This document shows positions 38,201-49,500 of a stretch of 64,000 nucleotides of DNA, piece by piece. The stretch lies in NCBI GenBank assembly GCA_964035545.1, contig OZ037765.1, positions 7,140,698-7,204,697 of the forward strand, written 5' to 3'. The stretch comes from Bugula neritina (taxonomy: Eukaryota; Animalia; Bryozoa). Position numbers and translations under genes: made by a program. Positions within the stretch are counted from its first letter, which is position 1; each line of letters starts with the position of its first letter. The notes under the pieces are model-generated. The model was given only the letters and a program-made list of their open reading frames with translations. It did not search any database and had not been told where the DNA came from.

Positions 38201-41200
38201 GCTAGAAATGTTTTTCAGGTTTTGGAGTTTAAAGGAAGTTGAATGACTGTTGTTTTCTATAATAGTAAAAAAAGTGTGTTGTATTAATGATATGGAATAG
38301 TATTTACGTATTTTAAAATATTTCTGTATAATCAAATTATAACAGTATTCGAGCTGTAATTCAAGTTTGTTTGTAAAATCCATGGGAAAAAGATAAATTT
38401 ACAGTAATTTACTAGAATATTTTAATAGAAATCAGCTGAATAGTGTTTCTAACTTAAGTTTTCAACTTGTGCCTCTTTCAAGCTACAGGTAAAAATAAGA
38501 GTTTATCACAGCTTAAGTGATAGCTGTCTGATTTTAGACCAAGGTCTGTTTTTAGCAATGTGTTCAATAGTTTGACTATCACGAAGTTATATTGTGTGCT
38601 TTCAGCTGTGTTTCATTTCTATTGGCTATTGCCTCAATGTTGATTGGCTGAGTTGTTTCATGGGGGTTTATTATTTGATTAATTGAAAATTCGCCGATCC
38701 CAAATAGAATTTTATAAATCATATTCGGCAATCTGGCTAAATTATGTTAATAAATTTGACTAAATTATGTTAGTAAATTCAGTTATTGGTGAACTAGTGA
38801 AATTATAGAGGAAAATGCTAAGCTGCATTCTTATTGGCTAGGAGATTAATGTCTTGCCATCTGATGGCTGGTATGACTTTTCTGACAAGAGTGAGGTGCC
38901 TACAGTTGGAGAAGCAGCAAGTCCCTTAACCTCTACAAACAATAGAAAATAACTTGCAGTATGCAAACCAACAAATAAGTTGTAGGGTAGATGAGTGATT
39001 GATTAGTCCATGTCTACTCTACGAAGTCAATAATAAAATTGGTAACTTGCGTCAAACAGCTAATCAATTATATAATATTGCGGAGCGGTCTTATCGTAAA
39101 CTGGTCTCTTGGGAGTTGCTTATTCCATTAGAGAAGTTGCTACGGTTCGCCAGTCTTGTAGAAAACTACATACAGATAGAAGTTTCCTCAGACTGTAATA
39201 TTGCTGCTCGTACATCATTTATGTTCAGAAAGGATGCTGGGGTGTGTCTTTTCATATCATAAAAGCTAATCCAACTAATTATTTGAACAGGTGTGATAAT
39301 AAACTATGCTACTCTCTAGCATATACCAGTAAATTGTTATGGTCCACTCTGTTCTAACTTGGAAATATATTGCTCTACCATACATAATACACATGCAACA
39401 TCATTACTAATATTGGAAATTCACATGTTTACCAAACCTACTTAACCAAGCAAATAAAATGACATCAATTCATACCTACCAGTATTTTATAAACTTAGAG
39501 AATTTACAAATATACATTATGACGTGCTGGCTCTGTTTAAGGACAAGTTTATGATTGGTTTTTTCTTTAATTGTAAAATTATCTTTTTTTACTGGATTTT
39601 GGAGGGAAGTGATGAAGTGAACTTTTTATTTTATTCAGATTTTTAGATTTAGATTTTAAAATAATCACACAGACTAGAAGAACTTGGGTTGCAGTATTTG
39701 AAACTATTTTAACTTCGTTGTAGTCATAATGATGATTGCTATAAAAATTATTCTCCAAGGAGTTCTGTTTTAAATAGGCCAAATTGAAAAGTACAGTATT
39801 ATGTTGTTAAATGGTCAACTGCTAGTAGTTTTAGTTTTTTAAGAATTTCAATAATTGCTATCAATTATCAAAACATATTGCTTTATTTTTCAAATGCAGA
39901 GGATATAAAAGTGCCAGGCGATCATTTCTTTCAGGGCCTAATAATAAAGACGTGAAAACTTTTAGAATGCCAATTTTAGAACTTGTTTACACAATTTTCT
40001 GTTATCCGAAAAGGCCAAACTTGGAGTTCACGACACAGTTACAAGCTCTGAGCTTTCCATTTCCTACAAGTTTAAAAATTACTGAAGTTGGTAATACATA
40101 CGCAGAGTGTGCTTTGAAAGTTTTTGGGTTACCTGAAAGTTGGCCAGTGTTAGATGCTGATGGATACCTGGCTATACTTTGTCTGGGCCCATTATATAAT
40201 CGCTGCTCTCCATGCATGTAGCCAGTTCAGAGCTTGGGGACTGGGCAAGAATTCAAACTTGGTTGGTCTTAGCTCATCTCGAACTCAATGCAACCTTAGA
40301 CCAGCCATTATTGTCACATAAGAGGAGTTGAAAATGACTAGAAAAATGTTCATTTTGACGATAACTCGTATACTGAACATGCAGCAGTCGAACTGACATC
40401 AATAAGTGGAAAACCAGTAAAAGTTAACCAGGATGGCCTATGGCCTGCATCCGAATGTCATAATTTAACTTATACCTAGATTTTAACCTTTCCCATGATA
40501 AACAGCTATTTGATATTCAATCTGGGAGCCTGTATAGTATACATGTATAATAAGAGAGTGTAAGGTGATGTTCAATGCCTGCTAACCATTATACCTCATT
40601 CATCTCCCCACTCAAACTAGAAGTCTAAATTTAAACAGATATAAATTAGGATATTTCCTTTGAGAATTTCTAATGTTGCTATTTATACTCCGTGAAGACA
40701 GCATTTGTTAGGCTTGACACTTGATACTGGAAGTGTAGAGTTGGTATTGCTAGCACACACTTATCCAGCAAGCAAATGTCTGGTCACTTGATTGACAACT
40801 TCTGGATAGGTAACCTGTGCCACCCTCTGGATGACCTGCCTTTCACACTGCTTTAATTGCCATCTTGTTGATTCTAAAATTATTGTGTTTATCTCCCTTC
40901 GCAGGCTTTGGCAGGTGGTCAAGGTACCCTAGATAAGCTGTGCAGCAGGGTAGTTCCAGTCAGTTATCATCTACAGTAACATTCAGCAAGTCGTGGTGCT
41001 CCGTCACTAATAGCTAATGGTTTATTTTGGTCGTAGCTGTTAGTAGTACATACCTTCAAGAAGTGTCTTGCCAATTAGAATTTTTGAGAGGGAATTTTAA
41101 CTAATTATTAAATATTATAGAAAAAAAATATTATAATCATTTTTTACAATAATTGATAAGAAATTTGCATGAAAACAAAGCCTTTGTGTTTCATGTTAAA

Positions 41201-44200
41201 AGGCAGGTGCCATTTTGGAAGAAAACAATTCCTCATCTGCCTGAGATTTCTCGGCAAGTAAAACTTTTAAATGCATAGTTTGGTGATGAAATAATATTAG
41301 TTTGACTATTGATAGTTGGGATAGTGCTGGCTGTTTCATGTGATGTGACATGCACACTGCAGTAGTGCATGGTCACACTTGTCACACTGAACTCTACTAA
41401 ACCTAAACTTACTTTTAGCCAATTTCACCTGAAATGCTGCAGGTTATAAGTAAATCAGGTTGGGTCTTCACGGCAGCAACTCTAAAATCTTATGCTCAAA
41501 ATTAGTCTGGTTTACCAAAATAATACCACAGTGCTTTATAGAGAGGCAGCCCAGGGAGTTATATACTTGTATTTGTTTTGAAATATTCCACGGATATTAT
41601 GCTGAAGTGGTGGGAGAGCAGCCATGCCCTAGGGGGTTAGGCTTTAGAGGGTTTGCCTAGTAAGCACGAAGTCATGGCTTCGGGACCGGCAAAGGCCATT
41701 GGTGATGTTAGAAAGAGTATCCCGTCATGCTTGCCCCTGTGCGCCAATTTAACAAAAAGAAACCTTCCATCCGGGTTTTGCTCACAGGATAGTGACTATA
41801 AACTTGCTTAGTTTTTATGCTGAAGTCATGACCGTGTTGTGACATTATATTGGATTAGTGGGTAAAAGTAAATATAGCAAAGCTTCAATATCCAGCCAAC
41901 TCATCCACCATAAATCAAAGCTATCAAGTAGCTAAAAATAGACCAGTTAGTTGGTTAATCAAAACAACTGACTTGGTGTACATTTCCCTATGCACTATTT
42001 GATGTCTACAAGCTTGGGAATGATGGGTTAACTGTTTGAGTGGTAGAATCAACAATAGCCTTCACTGAGGATTGCTGTTCTACTTTATACAAAAATCTCA
42101 AATAAACAGTGTCTACTAAAAAACACATCTACATATATACTGGAAAACAATATGCTGCAGTCACGTGTAGCAGTTGACCCCAGTATTCAGACCAGACAAT
42201 TATTATTTAATAATTAGTTTAAATGTTCATTGCAGCTTTTGTATTGATGCAACAGTGAGCTGATAAAATATAATTTATAATAAATATAATTGTTGCATTG
42301 TATTCCCAACGCCTTAGGGTGTTATCCCCCCATTTGGTTAATCAGAAGGCGGTTTTTGGATGTTCTTAAAAATTGTTTTTACCTCCAGCTTCGTTTATGT
42401 AATATTAATCAGTCTATGTTACTAACCACATTGCCCCTATAGCAGTCACAACACATATTTATTTGTTCCTGGTTGTCTGAAAATAACATACTAACGTGCA
42501 GAAGTGAATTCCAGTTGGTGAACCATTATGTATATATTTAGTAAATTTTTAGTGCATGTGAAGGTCATTTCAAAGTTGTCAGTTGTCTGGATCAAACAAC
42601 ATGCCACTATAATATTCACCCTGTCCTATCTATGACAGTTGTGGCATTTAGTCACTTTCTATTACTGGAATATTGACAGATTTTATTTAGCCATTTGCCT
42701 CCACTAAATGTGCTGGATGTACATCATGATGTTGTCATGAGTTTTCAATCAAATTATATAATTGTGACCTTATCTATAGATAAAGGAAACAGATTTCAAC
42801 AAAGCTTGTGAAGTTTTAGCCGAGAATTTTCGGATCACAAAAGAAGGCATCCTAGATAGTCTAGAGATTATAGTGGACCCATCAAGAATAAAGAGGACCA
42901 GCCGTATTGATGGTCATGTTTCCAGACCCATAACTCATAGTTTTGACTGCAATAATAAGAGTACATACTGCATAACTTCTATGGATAGCGAAAGTCTCAG
43001 ATCTCAAGCCTTAATCATTATAGGTGAGCACAATTATGGAGTTTATTTTGCATCATCTACTGACTAGTACCTTCCGTTATGGTATGTAATGCAGCTCGAA
43101 CCAGTCTTATGGGTGAGAGAGAGAGCACAGCTATCTGATGTAGACACGGGCAGCAGTGTGTTTTTAGCAGCAGTATGTGTTTTTAGCAGCAGTATGTGTT
43201 TTTAGCAGCAGTGTGTTTTTAGCAGCAGCTTCTCTTAGAAGAATTAAGAAATAATTATAGTGGACTTTTAGGTCTGATGGTTTCAAGTTAGTCATACTTG
43301 TGGTTTTTTTTACTACAGTCTAAATATTAATCTTATTATGTCTTTTTATACTTCAAGTAAAGCCAGATTTATTTAAAATGCATCCTTCAGTTTGTCTCAA
43401 ATTTACCAGAATTATACAGAGCAGGCACTTTGTATCAAAACACAAGAATTATATATCATTTACTTTTGTGAATTTGGCAAACATTGGCTTAGAATATAAT
43501 CTACAATATTTTTATTGGCGGTGTGATACACATTTAAATAGAAAATGTATTTAGCATTTAGTTGGGTCACTCCCTTGGTTCAGCATTTGATTAACAACTA
43601 GTGGTTTTAATAATAATTACAAATATTACCTTTAAGTCCCTAGAGACATTTGGTTTTTGCTATCTAATCATATGATAATATATTCCTATCAATCAAATTC
43701 TAGGAATTACGTGGAAAAATGTTCCCGTTTTCAGTTATTCAGGATAAATGTTTTTTTAGCAAAGTTGGGCCGACCAGTGGTGTTACTCTAACTATGGGCA
43801 ACAATGGGCATCTTAGCTTGTTTGAGTCTGCTTTTTACTTTGTAACAAGATATGGTCAAACAACAACTTAATAGCAACAATGTAATAGTCAAAGTTTCGG
43901 TGTTTAAAGGAGAGAAAAAAATTTGTCTATTGCTTTTAAAATGGTTCTTCTCCACTAGGAATTTTAAAGAGAAAGTTACTTTTTAAGCTGTTTTGTTCTA
44001 ACGGTGGCTCGGCTTTTATTCAGTTATTTTTCAATTTCTAGTAAACTATGGTAGCATTTGGAGTTAAATTCAAGTAGTTTTGTGGAGTTGTCTTTTCATT
44101 ACATATTACCACGTGATATCATCTTGAAAGTGTTCAGTTTATATTTTGTACTAATATGACATCAGGTTTCTAGTGATTTCTAGCAGATGGATAAGTTTAA

Positions 44201-46033
44201 CTAAACGTTGAGAAAGTTGAGTGTTTGAATGAGTTCTGCTACAACAGTTTTATCTATTAAGTTGCGTTTATACCTCTGCTGAAAAAAGTACCGAGTTTAA
44301 GTTAATAATGCTTGTCCGGGTACCCCTTTATAGTCAAACTGAAACTCGTTGAAATCATATTGATGCGGTTGCTCACTTTCTGAAATTGAAATTTGACTCG
44401 CATAATAGCTATTTGATGCCCTTTGTAAACGTAGTGAATTAGTGAAGCGGAAAGCATAAAAGCGATAATTGAGAAAGCGTAGGCTATATAATTATAACCG
44501 TATAAGTACGTTGTCTAATCGCCAAAGTAATAACTAAATAACGATGTTTACAAGGAGTTATTACTCCTATTCTAAAATTGGCCGATTAAGTTATCACAGT
44601 ACAAAAATTTCAACGAGTGCCTTTTACAATGCAATGCAACTCGGAGAAATTTCAACCCGGCCAAATTGAATTTTTGACCGAAAATCGTGAAGGTATAAAG
44701 GCAACTTAAGACAAAACTGGAATTTCACATAGTGTTTCATTTGCTGCTTAAAAATGCTATAAAATTTGTATTGTAGATATGTTGTTGTATGCTGAGAGTG
44801 ATGGATCACACACTGCAGATGGCAAACAGAAATACAAAGGTTATTTTTTCAATTTGAGTATAATTAATCAAGATATTTCCCTGGTGTTTGATGTCACTCT
44901 ACTTCATCGGTAAGTGTAACTTTTATTATACCATAATTTCTAATTCTAACAAAAAAAATATTTTGAAACCACTTACTCCTTTGGTAAAATTTAAAATTAT
45001 GTTTGTTAATTTTATTGTAGATTTCCACCAAAGGTCTTGTTCAACAACGGGGAGTATTGGCACATCATAAAAATTGATATGCCAGATGACGTGGGATTCA
45101 GTATGTATTACAGCTGTGTTATATAACAAATCATCAGCTATAGAAAGCTACTGTGACACAATTTGAAGTACATGTATAAGATTCTAGTGTATATTACTTT
45201 GCAGGAGAAGCTGGTATAGTAGCTCAGATATCGGAACCCATCGCCTCGGCACACATCTCTGAGTACTACATCTCCTCTTTCACTTGTGGACACGCTTTGG
45301 TGAGTTAATTCTTAAGTTACCGGAAATTGCTTTCCATACTTTTTTACAGGGTCATGCTATTCAAAGCTGAATTTCAAATACCAGTAACTTGACGTTAACA
45401 GATTTCTAAAAAGTAAACATTGCTTGATAGATCAGCTCAGTATAGCTGGAAAAACCACGTTAGATGTTAAGCAATTGATATCAGCATTCCAACTTTTTCC
45501 CAGATTGGGAAAATTAAAAATTGTTTTAAAATAAACCAGCGTACACTGCTACCACAATTTTTCCAGCTACTTGGTAATAACTTACAATCACTTAGTTATT
45601 ACTAGTAATTCAGCATTTTAATTTAATTTAATTCAAGCCAAGTTATCAGTTTAGCAAATCTTAAATTCAAGTTAAAATTTGCTCTTAGCTTGACTCAAGG
45701 TTTTTGAGATGTTCACTGAAAATAAGAACTTTAGTAAAAACCGGTTCTTTTCAAGTTGTGATCGGTTTGTTTCATTTCTTTTCAGTTTTTATATTCTTTG
45801 GTGAACACTGCATGCCAATAAAAGTTTTAAATTGATAAGACATAATAAATACTTTTCAATGTTTCAATATCATTTATGTTGTTTTCTGAACCTTGTGTGA
45901 AGTGGCATAAGGTGTTATTTGCTTTATCATGAAGGTGCCAGTTGAGCAATTCCAAGAAGTTCGAGGCATGTTGGAAAAAAAGAGAGGCGAATACAAAACC
46001 AGTGAGGCATGTCCACAGACTTCTGCTGCTTAA
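35251..46033 (+). CDS. CASTOR: CASTOR (GATSL) family ACT-domain amino-acid sensor upstream of mTORC1
   Basis: Exons 35251-35423, 35959-36023, 37231-37424, 42780-43023, 44777-44909, 45021-45100, 45205-45299 and 45935-46033 join in frame. They give MEINILDYRLRV...FTHSLL; AGISKIANSVLIPLADQGISVYPLSTYRTDYVL; GFREAGIVAQISEPIASAHISEYYISSFTCGHALVP. This is collinear with recalled human CASTOR1/2. The start ATG is uncertain (35251 to 35284). Confidence 0.93.
41612..41815 (+). mobile_element. tRNA-derived SINE, copy 3
   Basis: GAGCAGCCATG...GCCTAGTAAGCACGAAGTCATGG...CCATTGGTGA...CATCCGGGTTT...CACAGGATAGTGACTATAAACT. Confidence 0.72.
43150..43228. repeat. 17-19-bp minisatellite, ~4 copies
   Basis: CAGCAGT(AT)GTGTTTTTAG units. 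Confidence 0.88.
44250..44720 (-). repeat. Interspersed repeat; inverted homolog of 14530-14995
   Basis: Reverse-complement similarity at both ends to the element in the FOCAD intron. Confidence 0.75.
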
Positions 46034-46569
46034 AACTGTGATATTTTTATTCTTGTTGCACTCTTGGATATGAGTATAAACTATCAGATTTATATTTTAA
46101 GTAACTAAATTTTTTTACAGCATTGACTATTAAATAGTGTAGATTTGATAAATGTTTTTACAAAGACTAAAGTGGCCTTCACAAGGTCAATTTGTCTTTA
46201 TAGTTGTATTTTTCGACTTACTAGTCAGGAGGAGTATTGGACTTTTTGCTCTAAGCATTTGTATGTAAACTCTTTTTAATAATTGATAGTGAAAACACCG
46301 TACCATTTACCCCTGCATGTCTTACACAGCAGATTATAATTGTTATAGTAGCATGCCAAAGGCTGAATAATGCTTGCTCATATAAATTTTATTGCTGCAT
46401 GTAATTTTTCAAAAAGATTCTAGTTCCATACTTACAGGGTGTGTCTAACACACTTAATTTTACATGATGCTGCACAAAATGTATATACAATTCAAGCAAT
46501 GCTTGTTCTATTGGAAGTAATAAACTTCATATTATACATTAAATATATACAAATCAAAAACCGTAAATG

Positions 46570-49500
46570 TTAATTTTCCTTATCACTGCTTATTGCATCG
46601 TCATCTGCACTAGCTGAGGGGTCTTGACTCATACTCTCTCCCTCCTCATCGGAGTCATCCTCCCCATCAAAAATAAAGAGTCGTACTCTTCTGTTAGATA
46701 GCATCTACAACATCAATTTAATTGTTTACCAGTATAAATACAAAAAAAAAAAAACCACACTGTTTTGTCCAATAAAAATAATCTCTACTTCATTGCAGTG
46801 TGTGTTCAGCAGCATAGAGCTGGTGAAAATGTGATGGTTACATTTCAAATTTAAAAAAAACTATTTTCACTTGGTATTGAAGCCTATCTACTCCACGATT
46901 TTCAGTTTAATAAATCATGCATGTGAATAATGAAAAATCAATTGTTCAAATTAGGTATATAATTTTTTACCATTTTGCTACCCAAGTGGAAATTTTCAAA
47001 TAAGCAGTTGATGTTATATGTTCCAAGTATCAGTTGATGCACCTGTTTTATCCTTTTTTATAAGTTTAAAAATTCACACAAGAAATGCATTTTAAATAAT
47101 TCAAATACTTACAACACTGCTGATATCTCGTTTGCCACTTGCACTTATTTGCACAGCATTAAACGCATTCTGTAGCACTTTGATGTAGGATGGACTCACG
47201 TATTTTCCTGCCTCAACAGCTTCACTGAAATAAATATGCAACAGATGCTCAAATAGTGACAAGTTTAATTTTGTTGGCATTGTCTGTATATGCAGGTATA
47301 AGAAGAGTTGATCATAAATATATATTAGCCAATTTGCAAGTGGTTGTTTTATTGGTTTGGAGTTGTTTTCTTTTATTATTGATTACTGGCGAAAGGCCTA
47401 CTTTCAAGTGTATTTTGATAATTAAAATTAATTAATTGTACTTTCTTTAAACAATTTTTGTCAAGAGGTAACCTTTAATCAAATGATATACGAGACAAAG
47501 TGCTAAAAAAGTATTTATAGTTGAAACAGTAGCAGAGATTTCCATACTTGGTTCGTGCCCAGTCCTGTGAAGTTAAACTCTCAAGATTGAGCCTTACAGT
47601 TACAAATGATTTGTAGCCCTCCATCTTCTGCTGAAGGAGCACTACTATTTCCTCATCCTGGTAGTAATCAAAGTCGACTATCCTATGTTGTTGGCATCTA
47701 CAAAAATTGCATTTTAGTTAGATTCACATAGCAAAAATAACTTTTAGTAACAAACATTTCCTTCACAGACATGCAGTGGCTATAAGAAATCTGCCAGAAT
47801 TCATGGAGGCAATGATGACCATGGTTAAAATAGTGATATAGTTGTTCCTTTTTGTAAAATTCTTCACTAAAATGCTAGAGAATCTAGAAGTTAAATTTCT
47901 TGATTCAAAAGGTCAAACTAATAATGGTAAAATGTGTTCTTCAAAACACATCGTTTAACTACTAAATAAAACTGCCCTTGAGTAATAATGCTAAAGTGTA
48001 CCCATAAATGTTTTGTTTACATGCTGAAATGTCTCAACTAACATAAAGCCATGTCAAAAGTAACAGCTCTACAAATAAAAATGGCATTTACATTTTGTTA
48101 TTAGCCAGTCCATGTATTACTGAGGTTTGTACACTACTTTTATAAACTATTAAAATAAAACGCATGTTAGTTTTTCAAATGAATAAGTAATGGGATGCGA
48201 TAACACATTTTTGGAAAATATAATTATTAATTATAATTGACCAGGCAAAATATCTGAGTTGAATAAAATGGCTTGAAAATCATTTTTAAGGTTGTTTGGA
48301 AACTGGAATAAATCAATATTAGAGTTGCGTTCTCACAACTACAAGCTGATTGGCTGAAAAGAAGAGCGTTGTAAAGTAGGAAATATTTGGTGATGATAAA
48401 TAGCTGTATAAAGTTAGCAGTGTCTACTTCAATAAAATGGCTCAGTGGTTACACACGGGAAGGAAAATGGAAAGACTGGTGGTAGTTTTGGTAACTCTTA
48501 TAAGCCTCACTCACACAGTAAGTAACTTTCTAATTTAATATGTACCAGCAAGTATTCATTGGGTTTCAGGTCCAACAGTTGAAGCACTGCTTTAGCATTG
48601 AGTTTATATTTGATGCACCTATCAACAGTTGAAGGATAAATGAAGGCCTATATCCATATTATCTTGTTTCAAGGTTACTAAAATTAGCCATCGAAAAAAT
48701 ACAAATTTATGTGATCTAACTGATTGTTAAATTGTGCGCAGTGGGTCTTGGAAAGAAAAACTTTCATTTTTAAAACTTATATTTGAACTTCTCATTTTAT
48801 AAGCTTATGCTGCTTTTGAAAAATAGACTGTATTTTGAATATCATCTGATTTTTAAAAAAATAATGACATCAAACTTAAAACAGCTAGAACTTAAATATT
48901 TAATAGAATGGAGTATACACCAAACTTTTTCTGTTAAATTTTAAACGACTGAAAGGTCAAGGTAGAAGTAATTAATAGTAAGCAGTAACCAGGAGGTGAT
49001 AAATCAACCCCAGATTTGAGCATCAAACAAGAACCTGATGTTGCACAATATATCAGAGTCACCTTGTTATTCTTCAATTAACCATCTTTTGTGATTGTTG
49101 ATGGCTAGGCGGAGATAATCATGAGATTGAAAATATGGATATAGCAAAAGGTTATTTTATATTTACCAAACCTAAGAAATTCCAATCATGTTTAGGTGAT
49201 CATAAAAATAGCTAACTTTAGTTTCATTGAGGCAGCAAAATTTACACTACATGGATGCCACAGTATGATATATTGCTATTGTTTATGTAACAAAACTAAT
49301 TTTGAATCATCTCCATATAAATATAATTGAACCTGGTAAAATAATGTAACCCTAAATTAAAATCAACAGCTATAAAAAGTGATTATAATTGTAAATAATA
49401 TTAAATTTATTTTTACATCACCCTGACAGCTGTGAATGGACTGAACCTACTCCAGAAGCTATTAGTAATTACATATCATTATTTATATATGTTATTTTCA

